DNA of 64,000 bases from Octopus bimaculoides (Eukaryota). The DNA is taken from the NCBI RefSeq assembly GCF_001194135.2, contig NC_068984.1, forward strand, positions 135,020,842 to 135,084,841. Reading direction: 5' to 3'. The notes under the pieces are model-generated. The model searched no databases. It had not been told where the DNA came from and saw only the letters and a list, made by a program, of their open reading frames with translations. The position numbers and the translations under genes were made by a program. Of the stretch, positions 39,499 to 53,608 are shown piece after piece (the first letter of the stretch is position 1; each line of letters begins with the position of its first letter).

Positions 39499-39556
39499 CA
39501 GCCAATCTGACTCGCGGGCCTCGCACTTGCGGCCAGCCACTCTGACTGGCGGGCCT
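39499..39556. promoter_or_regulatory. GC-rich 23-bp direct repeat (35-bp period) containing a CCAAT box; possible promoter element
   Basis: CAGCCAATCTGACTCGCGGGCCT (39499-39521) and CAGCCACTCTGACTGGCGGGCCT (39534-39556), 21/23 identical, in a CpG-containing island. Function is inferred. Confidence 0.3.
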
Positions 39557-41682
39557 ATCTTTTGCGGACTGCTGTCTCTGTGCCGATTCTATCTAACGAG
39601 CTATTGCATTCACCGAACCAACCGAAGCCCCTTTATACAAATACCTGACCTAACAGAACTAAGAATCAAATTTATCCCATATCACATTCTCCAATCATGG
39701 GAAAGAAAATGGCGTAATATATAATGCCTAGCTCTAGACTTACCCTCAAATTGATGCGATAATTGAAACAGGATGTATCACACTGATGGTAGATATGCCT
39801 AATCGGGACTAGTTTCGAGGTAGACAGTATTAATAATATAATATTCTCTTCCATCTAAATGATATATGGTATCTCTTTTTGTCTATTTGAATGAAGTGAG
39901 GCATGTAGGATTAGGTGTACTGACCAAATTAACAATGAAAACATTGTAATTTAATTCCGTCCATAAAACTATGAGAGATGTATCTAATTTCAGATTAGCT
40001 CTACCAATTGTATTATTTCGACTTTGGTATTTGCATGTTGTCATATAAGGGATTATGCATTTATGTATTAATGACCTGTGATAATCTATTAATTTTCCTT
40101 CCTATAAGTGATTATGTGTTCTTTATTAGTAATTGTTGAAGCGTCCGGTTTGAGCATGTAATTATTTATGCCAGCAGTGATTTGCGTGAAATGAAGTGTA
40201 TCTCTATTTTTTTGTGTCTGTATTTGTTATGCGAATTTATATATACAAGCTATTGTGTACATTACGTAATTATATTGCCGTTTGAAGCTTGCAGGTGTAG
40301 CAGGAAAAATATCAGATAGAATATCTTATTGTATTTAGGTAATTCTGTGTTCAAAAGGCACTGAAGTCAAATTGTCTTTCACCTCTCAAGTGATCAATAT
40401 ATTAGATGTCTCCGAAACACTGGAATCGATTCAAACTGAAACACAACAGCTTTCATAAAATGTGTCTCCCATACGAATGTTGTCATAAATACATTTGAGG
40501 TTATGCGTAATATAGCTCAATATATATGTATGTATACATCTGTCTAATTATTTTTAATATGATATTATATAATCTTAAATAATGGTGTGCTTAATTTACT
40601 GAGAACGTAAGCAAATGGATGTGCAAGAGAATATCTAACAGTAAACAATATATGTGCGTATATATATATATATATATATATATNNNNNNNNNNNNNNNNN
40701 NNNNNNNNNNNNNNNNNNNNNNNNNNNNNNNNNNNNNNNNNNNNNNNNNNNNNNNNNNNNNNNNNNNNNNNNNNNNNNNNNNNNNNNNNNNNNNNNNNNN
40801 NNNNNNNNNNNNNNNNNNNNNNNNNNNNNNNNNNNNNNNNNNNNNNNNNNNNNNNNNNNNNNNNNNNNNNNNNNNNNNNNNNNNNNNNNNNNNNNNNNNN
40901 NNNNNNNNNNNNNNNNNNNNNNNNNNNNNNNNNNNNNNNNNNNNNNNNNNNNNNNNNNNNNNNNNNNNNNNNATATATATATATATATATATATATACTT
41001 ATATGCATATATACGTACATACACATATACGTATCCATATAAAGTCGACACTCAGACACATACAAGACACGCATGCTGCTTTCTGTCGGGGAGCGAGGGG
41101 AATATTTTTACGTGATATGGTGCATAAAATATTGCATAGCATGTGTGATATATATTTTGTACGTATGTAGATGTCATGGTAAATCTATAGAAGACATTTG
41201 GTGATTGTTCATCACAAGATATATTTCTGAAGTAAGGAAAAAGAGAAAATATGAAATCATAAAGATTCAAGATATGGCATTGCATATAATATTGATTAAA
41301 TGTCTATTGTCTTCATTTCATTGTGAATCTTGATATATCTACCGAGTCAACTGCCTAGAATACAGTATTCCTGGCACAATGGGGGATTGTGTGTATGTGC
41401 ATAAATACAGATATATTTACATATATACATACACATATATACGTACAAATGTGCGCGCGCGTTTGTGTATATGTGTGTGTATGTGTCTTTGTGGTGTGTA
41501 TATGTGTGTGTGTGTGAAAGAATGAACCTTAGCTACCTCTTGTTGCATATCTCCTTATGTTCGCTGTTCAATTGTTCTTTCCTTACAGGTTAACGCACCC
41601 TCACTCACCCTTCCACATCGCATGCATGCACACACACACATGTACGTAAGTTATGTGCATATATAAATAAATAAATAAATAA

Positions 41683-41758
<76 letters not shown>

Positions 41759-42568
41759 TAACCCATCTTGAATATTGCATAGGATCAGAAAATTCAGATA
41801 TGTTTATACGATCATGGAAATATATCTGCTTTATAAGCCTTTTATTAAATGTCTTACAACCCCTTCTCTTGCTTATCATCAGCGTCACTATCATCTTCAC
41901 CTTCGTCTACGTCACCAACCCCAATACCAACAACCACAACAATGGCAGCAGCATGAGGAGCAGCAGTTATAAAAATTAATGTAATATTGAAGAATATATA
42001 TAAGCATTGGTAATATAAATAATGAAAGAATGGGATTCTAGAATTTGTATTTTGTCATAAACAAATTCCAATAGAATCGAAGAAGCTCTTATATTAGGGG
42101 CTATAATTGGATTGTATTCTGGGTATATACTTTTTTATCGATAAATATGACTAACCTTTCTTATTTGCAATATATGATTATCTGGTAATTGTGTCATCTT
42201 TATTTGAATCTAAGGATTTCTTTAAGTGTACATGAATACCTTGCGAATGTGAAATCTTATTGTTGCGTCAGCAACATTACTATACTTGTTCTGGGATCGG
42301 AAGCCAAGTATACAGTAGTCATAATAAAAGTTATCTATACATGTCTGCATGACGATGAGCACATTGGACAAAACTTTTACTGGCCTTTCCTTCGGTGCTT
42401 TAGGTCCTGAGTTCAAATCCAACCAGTTTCGAGAAACTAAAGATATTAGTTAAGTACTAGGGTATAATACATTCATGATACACTTAGCTGCGCTTTACAC
42501 TGATATTGTAACGAATATTTCAATTTCATACTTGTGCTACGCATCTAGCTTTCCACATGCATACATAA

Positions 42569-42800
42569 GGCAGCAGGTTGAGAGAAACGTTAGCACGGCA
42601 GGTGAAATAATTAGCGAGTTTTCGTCTGCCGCTACGTTCTGAGTTCAAATTCCGCCGAGGTCGACCTTGCCTTTCATCCTTTCGGGGTCGATAAATTAAG
42701 TACCAGTTACGCACTGGGATCGATGTATTCGACTTAATCCCTTTGTCTGTCCTTCTTTGTCCCCACTATTTTTAGCCCCTTGTGGGCAATAAAGAAATAA
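42569..42800 (+). mobile_element. SINE family B, full length
   Basis: High identity to 35671-35890; possible imperfect TSD CATACATA/CATACGTA. Confidence 0.9.
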
Positions 42801-43095
42801 CATACGTACAATCATGCTTACATATGTATGCAACTGGAAAAAAATCTGAGAATCAGTCTCTTCAATCAGCTAGTAGCGCCTCTTACCTTCTCCGAAATGC
42901 TTGCACCTCACGGTCTGGGTAGGTGGCGCTGCGAGCTGATCCAGGTGTATACACACCATTTGTCAACAAACAAGATATATTTTACGTGACAAAACGCAGT
43001 GAGTAGCTTGTTTATAGTTACGAACGTGGTTTAAGCATATTCGCACTGATAATATTACAGTTTTACTTGTCACTAATTAGCGCCCCCACCCTCTG

Positions 43096-43132
<37 letters not shown>

Positions 43133-43141
43133 AGACCGGTG

Positions 43142-43267
43142 TTATAGATGTTTTCGGTCTAGTTTGGATCCTTTGCCATCAAATTTGAATTATTTGCCAT
43201 CAAGTCTGAATTCTTTGCAATTAAATTTAATGGCAAAGAATCCAAACTAGATCGAAAACATCTCTAA
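43142..43267. repeat. 126-bp foldback with internal ~21-bp tandem subunits (MITE-like remnant)
   Basis: 43146-43186 vs 43223-43263 inverted, 38/41. Unit TTTGCCATCAA.T.TGAATT recurs two to three times inside. Confidence 0.88.
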
Positions 43268-44569
43268 AATGGTTGTTGAGTTGAAACAAAAACTTTTATT
43301 ATTACGTAATATGGTATGGGTAATCGTTATAAAATGGTTGCATAATTTCTCTTTCAGCTGGGTGATAAGAAGACGCACACGCACACACACACGCATACAC
43401 ACATATATGAATTCGTTTTGGTTGGGATTTGAATCCAAGACGAATTGGCTGAGACCCTATTTTCTAAGACTTTTTGAAATTATCTTAAATTTTTTTTTAA
43501 AGTTCTCTCTTTTGTTCTTTCGTCTTAGTAGCAACATAATTTACCACATTAAGTGTTCCTCTTATCTCTCTCTTTGAAATAAAGATACAAAAATAAAACA
43601 ACAGCATCACGTTTTATTCATATAGTAAATATGTTTCATTATCCGTTTAGTTAAAGATGGCCACTACATCCATGTATTCGTAGTAAGTAGTATATTTTTG
43701 TGTAAGACTTCGTGTGTTTTACTCCAAATGCAGTTATGTTTTTTTTTTCTTATTTAGACTGGTTAATTCATTTAGCATCTAGTTGGGGCCATTAAATTGT
43801 ATCAGGAATAGTTGGATTGTTTGTTTTACTTAGCATTTATATATTTGATTAATAATATATAATATACGTTCTCAAATATGCTTTAATTTTTATGTATCGC
43901 CATGTCTGATTCGGTTAAACTATGTCACCAGAGAAATTTTCCGGTAAGCATTTAATATATTGCTTAGATCATCCTTTTCCCTGTTCAAGTTTGTAGTTAT
44001 AAATTTGTTGATCATTAATCAACATATATAGTCATGTGAGGCTTTGCAACGTTCCTTTCTGTTTTGTCAAGTATTAGGCTGTTTGTGACAGATGTGGTGA
44101 TAAATTCTGTGTTATTACTGTTGTTATGTATTTGTAAGCTGTAGAAAGCCAGGTTATGAGGTCATTGGTTTGTTACTTTCCCTCAATCTTGTTAAGCATC
44201 TATGCAATCTTATAACAAGACTTTTGGGATATTTACACATCTTGCTGCTTCCTACTTAGTTTTCGTAGCGTCTGGTCAGGTTTTTGTTTATGTTTACCCG
44301 AATACGACAACTTTAACACGAAATAATTTCTAAAATACGAAATTTTGTCAAAAACGTTCCGAGTAAGCCGCGTTCTACGTGATAAATTCTATCAGTATTC
44401 GAAGTTTCAAACTGTTTAGTTAAGACAAATTAATTAAAAAATCTGTTATTGAGATGGAATAGTTCCAAATGTTTTCAATTATACTATAAATTTGTGTCCA
44501 GCCAATTAGTGGTATCATCAGTTTTTAACTGATGAAAATCACTGCATCACTTATTTTCTAAGTCTTATT

Positions 44570-44835
44570 ATATCGGATCTTTTTGCTAATACAGGACGTA
44601 AACACACTAACCCCGATTCTCATGTAATAGTAGACAAATATAAATACGTACAACAGACTCATTCACACACACACACACACACACATCCCCACGCACTCAC
44701 TAGCATATACATGCACTTACGTACAGTCTTTTCTATTGCCTGTAGCCATAGTGCAAGACATATGCCCAGGGATATTGAACTTAAAACCAGTGCTTGCGAA
44801 GCGAAATTCGTAACCACTCAGCCATACCAGCACGT
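44570..44835 (-). mobile_element. old SINE family A-like copy
   Basis: GACGTAAACACACTAAC, internal (CA)n, ATTGAAC..TAACCACTCAGCCATAC correspond in order to family A body and head. Confidence 0.4.
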
Positions 44836-45499
44836 ATAAGATCATTGTACTCCAAATGAAGATCGAACTTCCCAACATTAGATTGCCAGCCATAAATTTG
44901 AATCGTGGGATTGATGCACTGACTACTGTATTACATTGGCAGATAGAGAAGGGAGATTTGGTTATTGGTTCATAATTATAAGCCTGACAATTATCTTGGG
45001 GATAATTTATCACGGAAAACAACTAAAAACTCCCCAAGTTTATGATATCTGAATTGTAGGAAGTCGAATTATTACACGGTATCTTCCTATATTTGAAGCG
45101 TTTAATGTGATTATATTTCTCTTGTAATATTTCTTCGTTTTCTAATACATTTTCCATTACCACTTGCTTGCTGTCAGCTTTTTAGTTGTCACCATTATCG
45201 TTGTCATATTGGAGAGAGGCGGACATATAAAGTGTGTATTCTATCATAATCAAATATCATCACTCAAACAAAAAGGAAATATATAAAGAGTATCTTCCCT
45301 CATCTAAAATCAAACAATCAATTAATTAATCATTCATTCTACAAGTCAATCATATGACTTGTTTTTTTCGTCTTAAGCGTTTAGGGATATCGTCATTTCC
45401 TCTCCTAGTATAAACGTTAATCGAATATCGAATGTCAACTATTAATGAATGTCTTAAAAAATCTAAGTGACAGGGTACGTTTCCAAACCATTATATTGA

Positions 45500-45935
<436 letters not shown>

Positions 45936-47559
45936 TATATGCTTATATATGACGAACCCACATTCACTCCCCTTTTTTGCCCCCAAACATTTTCGCTCGA
46001 TTCAATGTAAAGAATGTGAATTTGAAACGATTATCGCATTACCGATTCTTTGATTTTAACATCGAGAATATGTTTTGTTTAAGAATTATGAATTTAGCAA
46101 CGTCAGCCACTTTATCGGTAAAGAAAATTATACATTTTAACTATTTATTGCGGAAAATTCTTAAGTTTTCAAACATAAAATTAATATGACGATTACTTCT
46201 TTCAATATATTCGAGGTTTTGTCAATTATTTTATTGAATCCAATCTATCTTCTCTAAAAAGTTGACACCTTATGAGACATTTTTGATATTTTCGCCATCT
46301 TACTTTAAAATTTCGGATTCTGTATGTTACGATACGTATTAGCTGTTCAATGATGGTTTATATCTATCGTATTCTCTTTCGGATTTCGATGTTGATTTAA
46401 CGCTATTTGAATTCTTTTTTTTTTCTATTTAGCAATAATTTGAAGTGCGACCATGCTGGAGTATCACTGTGAATGTTTTAGACATTAATATAGATTCTGA
46501 TATGTATTGTACATTAGTACTTATTTGAATAATTTCTGTTAACCAAAAGTTTACGATAATTGTCACTTTATCATGAAGGGCGAAATTAGAAACGTCCTTT
46601 TACGCTACTATACACAGGCGCAGTCATACATTCGCCTACATGTACCTACACAAATACTCACTCATTTATGCATACAAATATATGCTAATGGGAATGAAGT
46701 CATTCACTAATGAACTTCCAATTCTAGCACACACACATGGCTGTCCTCACAGTCTGTATCCTTACTCTATCGATCATAGATTGCTTCCTATTCAGTGGAG
46801 CTGCTTGGCTTTTTGTCACCTCCAATGAAGCTCACCTGACTCACTCCTCTCTAGTTATTGCATCATCGATAATGTATATCAAACCACGTCTATTCTTGCA
46901 AAAACGTCGATGCTTAAAAATTCTCTTCCAATTGTTTTACTATTTTATTCGACTAGACCCATTATGAAATGAATTTAGACGTCATCATTCTGTCTTCTAT
47001 TTAGAATAAGAATTTTTAAGATGGCATGACTCAAGGTTCTTTGTGAGTGTTTCAGAAGAATTGTAGTACAACTTAGAGAATGTCACACGGTTGGTTTTGG
47101 TTTTCTTGCTGGTTCATACTCGTAGAATCTGTTAATATTGGTCGTTACTGTTATTAGATGCGAGATTGAGCGGTCCTAAGACCGTACACATTCCAAACAT
47201 GAGTTCCCCATTGGAAGTTCAGTTCACACATAAAGTACCTCGAATAACATTATCTAAAGCATCCAGCTTAATTTTAAGAAGGCAGGTTGTGATATCAAGG
47301 AGATTAGGATAATATAAATAGCAAACCGAATAAATAGAAACAGCTTATCGTGTGTATTGCGTACTTACGGTACTAATTCTTTAGTAGTCTTATGTTAAGT
47401 TTTAGATTATCTGGACCTAATAAATAATGTGTTCCAGCTATGACCATCATGTTTTTCAATCATGTATTTTGCATATGGATCGTATCAATTTTTAAAAAAT
47501 TACCATATTACTCTAATGAGCATTCTGAGGGCTATCAGACTGCTATATTTACTCGTGTT

Positions 47560-47622
47560 GAACGATTACCCAGGCTTCCTTGTTAGCAGAACGATTACCG
47601 ACAGGTTTCCTTGTTAGCAGAA
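47560..47622. repeat. 29/31-bp tandem duplication
   Basis: GAACGATTACC(GA)CAGG(C/T)TTCCTTGTTAGCA twice, then GAA. Confidence 0.9.
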
Positions 47623-49070
47623 TAGAAATGTAATCACTTATTTCGAAGGCAGTACAATATTATTAATCTGTTTCATGAATCCTAGCAATATTTCAGCAGA
47701 GAGCCTCGAGGAACTAGATTAAATTCAGTCAGGAATTTAATCCGGTACTCAACTGATTCTGAGAACTGCATCGAAATTCAATATGATATATCTTCACGTG
47801 AAATATGTTAAGGTTAGCGTTACCAAAGGCATTGGCTGTTAAATTACATTGCGTTACGTTACTTAAGAACAACATAACTTATAACTTCTTATTATTATTC
47901 GCAATTGTTATTTCAGTTTAAGGAACCCCAGAAAGTAAAAACAGTAACGAAATATCGGCTATAGTGTTTCATAAATATCTCAATATGGAGTGATGAATAT
48001 CTAATGTTGTTGAATACAGGACACACGGACTCATATCATAGTGGATGATGTATACTTAGTCTGCTAGACATAGTAGCCAAATATACTGCAAAGCTATTCC
48101 TGTTGCATTTATATAAAGGGAGAATATATTAGATAATGTAATCTTTGAGTTAACCCTAATACTTAAAAACAGAATGTTGTTTATTAGAGTCAGGAAGAAT
48201 CATAAGACCGTCCCCAAGTGTCTGAGGTCACAGGAATGGATTTAACACCAAGAAATTGTATTAGTTAAAAACAGCAGTTTTGAGGGAAGTCGGAAGTCGA
48301 TCAAATATCAAATCGACAATAATACTCTGTTGATACTTATTTTATCGACCCCGAACACAGAAAGGCAATACTGTTAGCCAGAAAATTTTGAAAGGAGGGT
48401 ATACCTGACACTATTGACCTCGCTGGTACCTTATTTAACGAACACTGACAGATGCTTATCCTGGCGGGTATGAACTTAAAAAATTTTAAATGCTGGAAGA
48501 AGTGCCGAATAATAATTACAATTGTTTCATACACAAGCACAAAGTATGGAGTTTTTGAAAGGGGTTAATCAACGAATTTACAGTTCTTGAACTCTGAAAA
48601 ATTTGAGCTCAAAATGTGAAAAGTCGGGATAAATGCACTAGAGATTTTATGCCAATTCTTTACGTCCAGTTCTTTAACCTCGATGTTAGAGATTATTATA
48701 ATTTCCCTCAAATTTTCTGTATAGTATTAAATTCATTGATTCTGATTCTGCATTCTAAATGTAGGAGTATTTTTTTGCCAATATGAGAAAAAAAAAATGA
48801 AATTAGTTCTTATTTTGTTGCAAGGTGAGTTGTTGCTTGTGTGACGTTTATACGCATTTTAAAAGAGATCATTTTTCGATACTCTCATTGCGTAACAAAT
48901 GTATTTCAAGAACCAATACTCTCACTCTTTTCTATTAAGACACACCAATAACAAATGAAACACGATTACTATCTGCAAAAATCTAATACAATATTTGCAA
49001 TTTTGTTCTCAATATAAGATGTTTGAATTCACCGTGGAAAGCTCGGTGTAAGTCGGGGAAAGAGATCTTT

Positions 49071-49661
49071 GGATCTTTTTTAAAACGGGGGCCACATTTT
49101 TCATTAACGAAACACTTTGAAACTTGGAACACTGGTAGAATGTGTCATATAAAACATCTTTTTCTCTTAGTCTTCTTAAAAAAAAAAGAAATCCATAAGT
49201 TATTCCATGTGAAAGTTGTCGTATTTCTGTAATTTCAACCAATCACCGACGTCCATTCAGCCGATATACATTAAGTGCCAACTACATAAACAAACGATTC
49301 TGAAACAATTAACCCTAACCCTAACCCTAACCCTAACCCTAACCCTAGGGTTAGGGTTAGGGTTAGGGTTAAAGCAAATTTAAAATGAAAAAGCAAATAA
49401 AACGAAGGTATGGAGATTAAATACGCTTTACATCGCTTAATCAGCCAAATGAGTAAATATAAACAACTGAATACTTGTCAGTGATTGGTTGAAATTGTCG
49501 AAATAAGACAATTTTTTACATGAAATAAATTCGAATACAAAAATATTTTTCTGTTCTATAACACAAAATAGATAAGTATACGAAGTTTGAAAGTCTTTCC
49601 GTACCAAAAACACTACGTAAAACATTAATGAAAAATGTGGCCCCCGTTTTAAAATAGATCC
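49071..49661. mobile_element. 591-bp non-autonomous DNA transposon (MITE/foldback), possibly Merlin-like
   Basis: 39-bp TIRs GGATCT(T/A)TTTTAAAACGGGGGCCACATTTTTCATTAA(C/T)G at 49071-49109 and 49623-49661 (37/39). Flanks AGATCTTT (49063-49070) and AGATGTTT (49662-49669) give a 7/8 TSD. Second inner inverted repeat 49200-49260 / 49467-49528. Confidence 0.85.
49310..49371. repeat. palindromic interstitial telomeric repeat (TAACCC)6-TA-GGG(TTAGGG)3TTA
   Basis: Direct reading; axis CCC|TA|GGG at 49346-49347. Confidence 0.97.
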
Positions 49662-52065
49662 AGATGTTTTCTAACTCCTACGAATGATGTTGCGTATCGG
49701 CTAAAACAATTTTCCCCTCCAATTTTTTTCTGTTTCCTATCTTTCCTCTCATAGGTAAAATTAAATCTCAGTTTCTAGCACATATATACATTTACTTGGG
49801 AAAAAATAAAATAAAAAAAAACAATATTATTTGCTATATTTCCATATTCTGCTGTTAAAATTTTATTTTTGTAGACGGGTTGGGGGTGATGCCTTTCATT
49901 GATGAAAAGATTTTCAGAAAAGACAAAAGGCTCTCTAGAACTACGTCATCAACGTATCCCATTTTTCTTCTGACTGAATATAATCCATTAAAATTTATCT
50001 CTTCTGCAACAGTTAAACACAGCTTCTATTGCGTATCGTTCTTTGAAGCGTATATTTTGTAAAGATGATACAGTGTATGTAATGCATTGGGAATATCTAA
50101 AAGATAATATATGTGTCATGTGGATATGTAGTTGAGGTCGTCGTGGCAATGTTTATAATATTTTATAGGTGATGTGGGGTATTTTCACCGGAATACCTTC
50201 AGAAGGCGACGCTTTGGAGATACTATCGTAGAAGCGATGTTATAATAACGATATTATAAGGATATATATTTCAATATTTGATGTTGTTTTGGAACCGTTA
50301 TACAGTTGTGTTGTTGAATAGTTTTTGACTAGAAAATGCTTGTGTAGTGATCTTTTGAGGTAATATTCTCGAGGTGACGTGATCGAAATAACGTTTTTGC
50401 TGTAGTGTCTTTTCTGCTTTGATATCTTTGCTGACGCGATACGACGTTATGTCGCCATTTTTTCATCTAGGAGCATTTGCCTTTTCTTCATAAAACGCAC
50501 GATGTTCGTTTACTAGAAGTAATTATGATAGGCATTATATTTGCTTACACAGATTGAATTATTCATGCATCCAAAAGGCAGGAATGTTTTAATATACACG
50601 GACTTCGGTAGAACAATAGGAAAAACAAGCTGAATTAATTCAATTATAAGCATATGCTAAGTATTGCATACGTTACACTAGGCTCGCTGAGGTGATTACA
50701 TATGGTCGGTGTTAATTCGTCCTCTATTATTTATTTTTATCGCCTGATAGAGTGACAACTATTGTGCGGTGGATCTATTTACATTGTAGTAGAGCTAATA
50801 ACCTACCGAAACATAAATTACTATTATATTTACTCAGGGAAGCGTAAATTTTATCGTTTGCTTTATCAGTGATGTTAAATTGGAATGTTCTTCAGAAGTT
50901 ATTCGCAGATGAAGCAAAATGATAAACCACACGAAGAGAATTAATCTGCCAGTAAAGATAATGCCACAATTTCAAATGGTTTGCAATGTTGGCGTCAACA
51001 TGATAAAGCCTATGAAACAAAAAGATAAGAGTGAATTACAGTATATTCATGTACGCACGATCACACCCTCCCCCACACATATATGTATATATAATTTTTG
51101 ACCTTTTATCAGTAAGATTCAAGAAGCAAATATCAGTTGTTCTTTTAGAAATAAAACCGTTTGAAAAAGGTCATTCCTGGGTCGACTACTAAATCTTTTC
51201 TATATAATTAATTTTCCTTCATTGTATTCAAGCGGCAATAACTGAACCAATAGCATTTCCACGAGTGACTACTCGGCTAAGAAACATAGAAGCTTGATAT
51301 ATGTTACAGAAAGACAACTAGAAATGCGTAGTAAAAACTATGGCGTTTGACTGTCATTTCATGAAAATATCCTTATATTTAATTCAGTATTTCCTACAAG
51401 TAAATTCAATCCATAGAAGATAACTTAATCAATTTATCAGATTTTGCTTTATCTTTTGAGACCTGACCGATATACAATAATGAAATGACCAACACATCCC
51501 TCCTACTCACGAGAGAATTCTCTGGAATCAGAAAGCAAGGAAGTAATACATTAAAAAAAAAAGATATGCACGTCTTGACATCACTCAATTGGATATGCAT
51601 TAGTTAGTGCATTGCCTGAGGTATGATGGTGTAGCGAAGAGCATATATTTCTAATGTAGAGATACAGATTTAAAAAAAAACCCGAAGAGCAGAAAATGTA
51701 ATGTCATATATCAATAATTTCAAACGTCAGTGATTTTGGAATAGCAATTAGAACACTGTCCTACATATTTAAAATAATTCATCTGGGGCATTACTGCTTT
51801 GTGAGCAGCACTAGTATTCATGATATGTTTTTTTTTTCGCCTGTCAGTAGTCTGTTGGCTTGGAAAATATTATGTAAATTAATTCTCCGCTGTGAAATGT
51901 TTCTAAACGCATTTAACTATAAAGATCTTCAGCATAACATAGATGTACTAATGAAGGACGTAAGTATAACGTGAAAAGGAACCATTTAAAACTGACACAA
52001 ATTCTCAAATAACAAAAAAAAAGCCTAAACATTTTCTGCAACGATCATATGTGTTATATGTTATA

Positions 52066-52271
52066 TTGGTCACAAATTTTGGCACCAATTTCGCGGGACG
52101 GAATATGCGAATTGCATCGACTCCCAGTGCTCACTGGTACTTATTTGATCGACCCCGAAGAGTGAAAGGCAAAGACGACCTCGGCGGAATTTCATCTGAG
52201 AACATAAAGGCAGACGAAGTACAGCTAGGCATTTTGCCCGGAGTGCTAACGGTTCTGTCAGATTACCACCT
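52066..52271 (-). mobile_element. SINE family B variant
   Basis: Reverse complement: AGGTGGTAATCTGACAGAACCGTTAGCACTCCGGGCAAAATG..CCGCCGAGGTCGTCTTTGCCTTTCAC..GGGGTCGATCAAATAAGTACCAG. A shorter scrap lies at ~48330-48370. Confidence 0.8.
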
Positions 52272-52873
52272 TTAAAATATATTAAAACATTTGTATCAAT
52301 GTTTTATATTAGGAGATTTGCCATAAATACTTAAGAAAGTATCCGAAAATTTTAAAAACCTAAATTCTCTGATATTTAAGATATTAAAATGAAGGTGCCA
52401 AGACCAAATCATACACAACTGAATTCAAGAGTACAATAAATAATATTTCCAATGACAGCTGTTCTGCTCCATGAGTGAAGCAAATGTTGCAGAATATTAT
52501 CAAATCATTCTTCCACATATACACATAAGCATAAATGACACACGCACTAAAATATACGCATGCGCGCACAATCATATGCGTGTGTGTGTGTGTATGTGTG
52601 TGTGCGATAGTGGGTGGTTATGAAGCTGTATGTTGGAACAGAGTGGAGAACAAAGTAGAGGAAATAATTCATTACATGTTAGAGTACAAGGAAACAATGT
52701 ATTGCAGCTCATAGAATTACATATTATCACCGAGTTCTGAGTTTTTCACAAGGTATTTCCAAGCTATATAACACAGAAACGTTACATATATACGTTAAGC
52801 GTGTGTGGCTTGGCTATAACGTCGTACTGTGAATTTATTTTCCTCGGAATAGGCTACACTGCCTTCTCTCCCC

Positions 52874-52964
<91 letters not shown>

Positions 52965-53571
52965 GTGTGAGTGAGTGTGTGTGTGTGTACAACGGTGTTC
53001 GTGCCTCTCCTAAATTATGTTCATGAATATAGGGTATGTATGTATGTATGCATGCATGTATACATATACAAGCTTCCCTTAGAAACACAGGTCAAATAGC
53101 TCAGATGCATTTTAAGAAACAACCAATTCTAAAGTAGCTTGTATGTATGTATGTATGTTTGTATGTATGCATGCATGTATCTGTCTACCATCATCTTTCC
53201 ACCAATTTATCTATCAATGTGTGTGTATATATATATATACATATATATCTATATATCTATATATCTATATATGAAAATTACAGGAGTGAACACATACACG
53301 CACAGACACAGGCATATATTCAAGCAACTCTGTCTCTCTTTCTCACTCTTTATATAGATATTCGTGTTTAAGTGTATGCGTGTATGTGTGCGTGTATATA
53401 CATGTATACATACACACACACACACATACACACACATATATATATATACATATATATACATATACATATATACATATATATAGATATATATATATATACA
53501 TATANNNNNNNNNNATACATACATATATACATATATAAATATGCATATACATATAAATATATATATATATA

Positions 53572-53608
<37 letters not shown>

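Noticed and set aside
41860-41972. His/Gln-rich ORF end ([26 protein letters not shown])
   Set aside because: Degenerate trinucleotide low-complexity DNA next to a (TA)n tract; no splice or homology support.
49310-49371. Relic of a telomere-telomere chromosome fusion
   Set aside because: A fusion gives (TTAGGG)n(CCCTAA)n. Here the order is reversed and the tract sits inside a TIR/TSD-bounded element.
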